Source: Candidatus Thorarchaeota archaeon
GTDB lineage: Archaea > Asgardarchaeota > Thorarchaeia > Thorarchaeales > Thorarchaeaceae
DNA length: 38,345 bases
NCBI GenBank assembly: GCA_029858305.1
Contig: JAOUFI010000017.1
Coordinates: forward strand, 1 to 38,345
Reading direction: 5' to 3'
Shown here: piece by piece, positions 37,709 to 38,345 of the stretch
How positions within the stretch are numbered: the stretch's first letter is position 1
How the letters are laid out: each line of letters begins with the position of its first letter
Translations under genes and position numbers: made by a program
The notes under the pieces: model-generated
Seen by the model: only the letters and a program-made list of their open reading frames with translations
What the model was told of the DNA's origin: nothing
Database searches by the model: none

Positions 37709-38345
37709 ATGAATCCAACTTTAGAAGGTGCAATTGCGGAGCTAAAAGGTCTCTTGGAGAATCTCTACAAGATAGTAACATCTGCATTGACTCAATCAAT
37801 GAAGGCCTTCGAGGATTTAGATAGTGATCTTGCTGATTCAATTGCAGTTCAATCTGAGGATTTTGAACGGATTCATAATACAATTGAAGATATGATTTTT
37901 ACTGCTGTCACAACATATCAGCCTAGAGATCAAGAACTACGAAGGCTCATCGCTTATCTAAGCACATCCAATGGCCTTCATTCAGTTGGTCGTTTTGCAA
38001 TAAAGATAGGCGAGATTGTAATGCTCAGTGAGGGGTTAGATCATTTCAAGGAGCTTGTCACATTGCCCTACCTTTCTGAGCTAGCTAGAGCCGCACTAAG
38101 TATCAGCTTTCGTGCAGTATTAGATGAGAACCTGAGTGAGATTGATGAGCTTGAGAAATTAGAGGCACAGAGTGACTATGAATCCGCAGATATGTTTCAA
38201 GAGATTGCGGAATACCTAAGTCATCGGAGAGATATCAGCAATATAGCTATGCTATACGTGATTGTTGGCAGATACTTTGAACGAGCTGCAGACCAAGCCA
38301 TCATCATTGCTGAAGCTGCAGTCTATCTAGTTACGGCTGAGAGAA
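37709..38345 (+). CDS. phoU: PhoU paralog, copy 2 (runs off the window end; not in ORF track)
   Basis: Hand translation MNPTLEGAIAELK...YQPRDQELRRL...HFKELVTLPYL...IDELEKLEA...ERAADQA, open to the last base. Confidence 0.88.
   Translation, partial: MNPTLEGAIAELKGLLENLYKIVTSALTQSMKAFEDLDSDLADSIAVQSEDFERIHNTIEDMIFTAVTTYQPRDQELRRLIAYLSTSNGLHSVGRFAIKIGEIVMLSEGLDHFKELVTLPYLSELARAALSISFRAVLDENLSEIDELEKLEAQSDYESADMFQEIAEYLSHRRDISNIAMLYVIVGRYFERAADQAIIIAEAAVYLVTAER

Noticed and set aside
275-37883. Many short antisense or overlapping ORFs in the track (e.g. 275-619, 2585-2968, 7809-8171, 32665-33075, 35388-35798, 37683-37883)
   Set aside because: They shadow well-supported genes and show no motifs

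Overview
Gene-dense prokaryotic chromosomal window that reads as archaeal, most plausibly an Asgard (Thorarchaeia-like) genome. This is inferred from BRE/TATA-like promoters, GAGGTG-type SD sites, a Phr/COG1777-like regulator and a TIGR00341 protein alongside bacterial-type PfkA and two-component genes. From left to right it holds: an Fe-S protein; a 1.1-kb AT-rich palindrome/repeat-rich spacer; a kinase-less cluster of three stand-alone receivers with a TPR protein and a truncated P-loop ATPase; a Phr-like regulator locus; transport and peptide-catabolism genes; corA with a long structured leader; pfkA; methyltransferases; a tandem GNAT-like paralog array; a minus-strand operon of membrane-anchored receiver, 1204-aa SF2 helicase and soluble PAS histidine kinase; a PIP-box/Zn-finger protein; an orphan DNA amino-methyltransferase; and pstSCAB-phoU-phoU. 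I recognised no tRNA, rRNA, CRISPR array or transposase. The best candidates for undescribed biology are (1) the helicase embedded in an output-less, topologically inverted two-component operon, (2) a riboswitch-like corA leader with mutually exclusive stems over the SD, and (3) two recurring operator palindromes, one linking the Phr-like locus to a putative PCNA-interacting protein.
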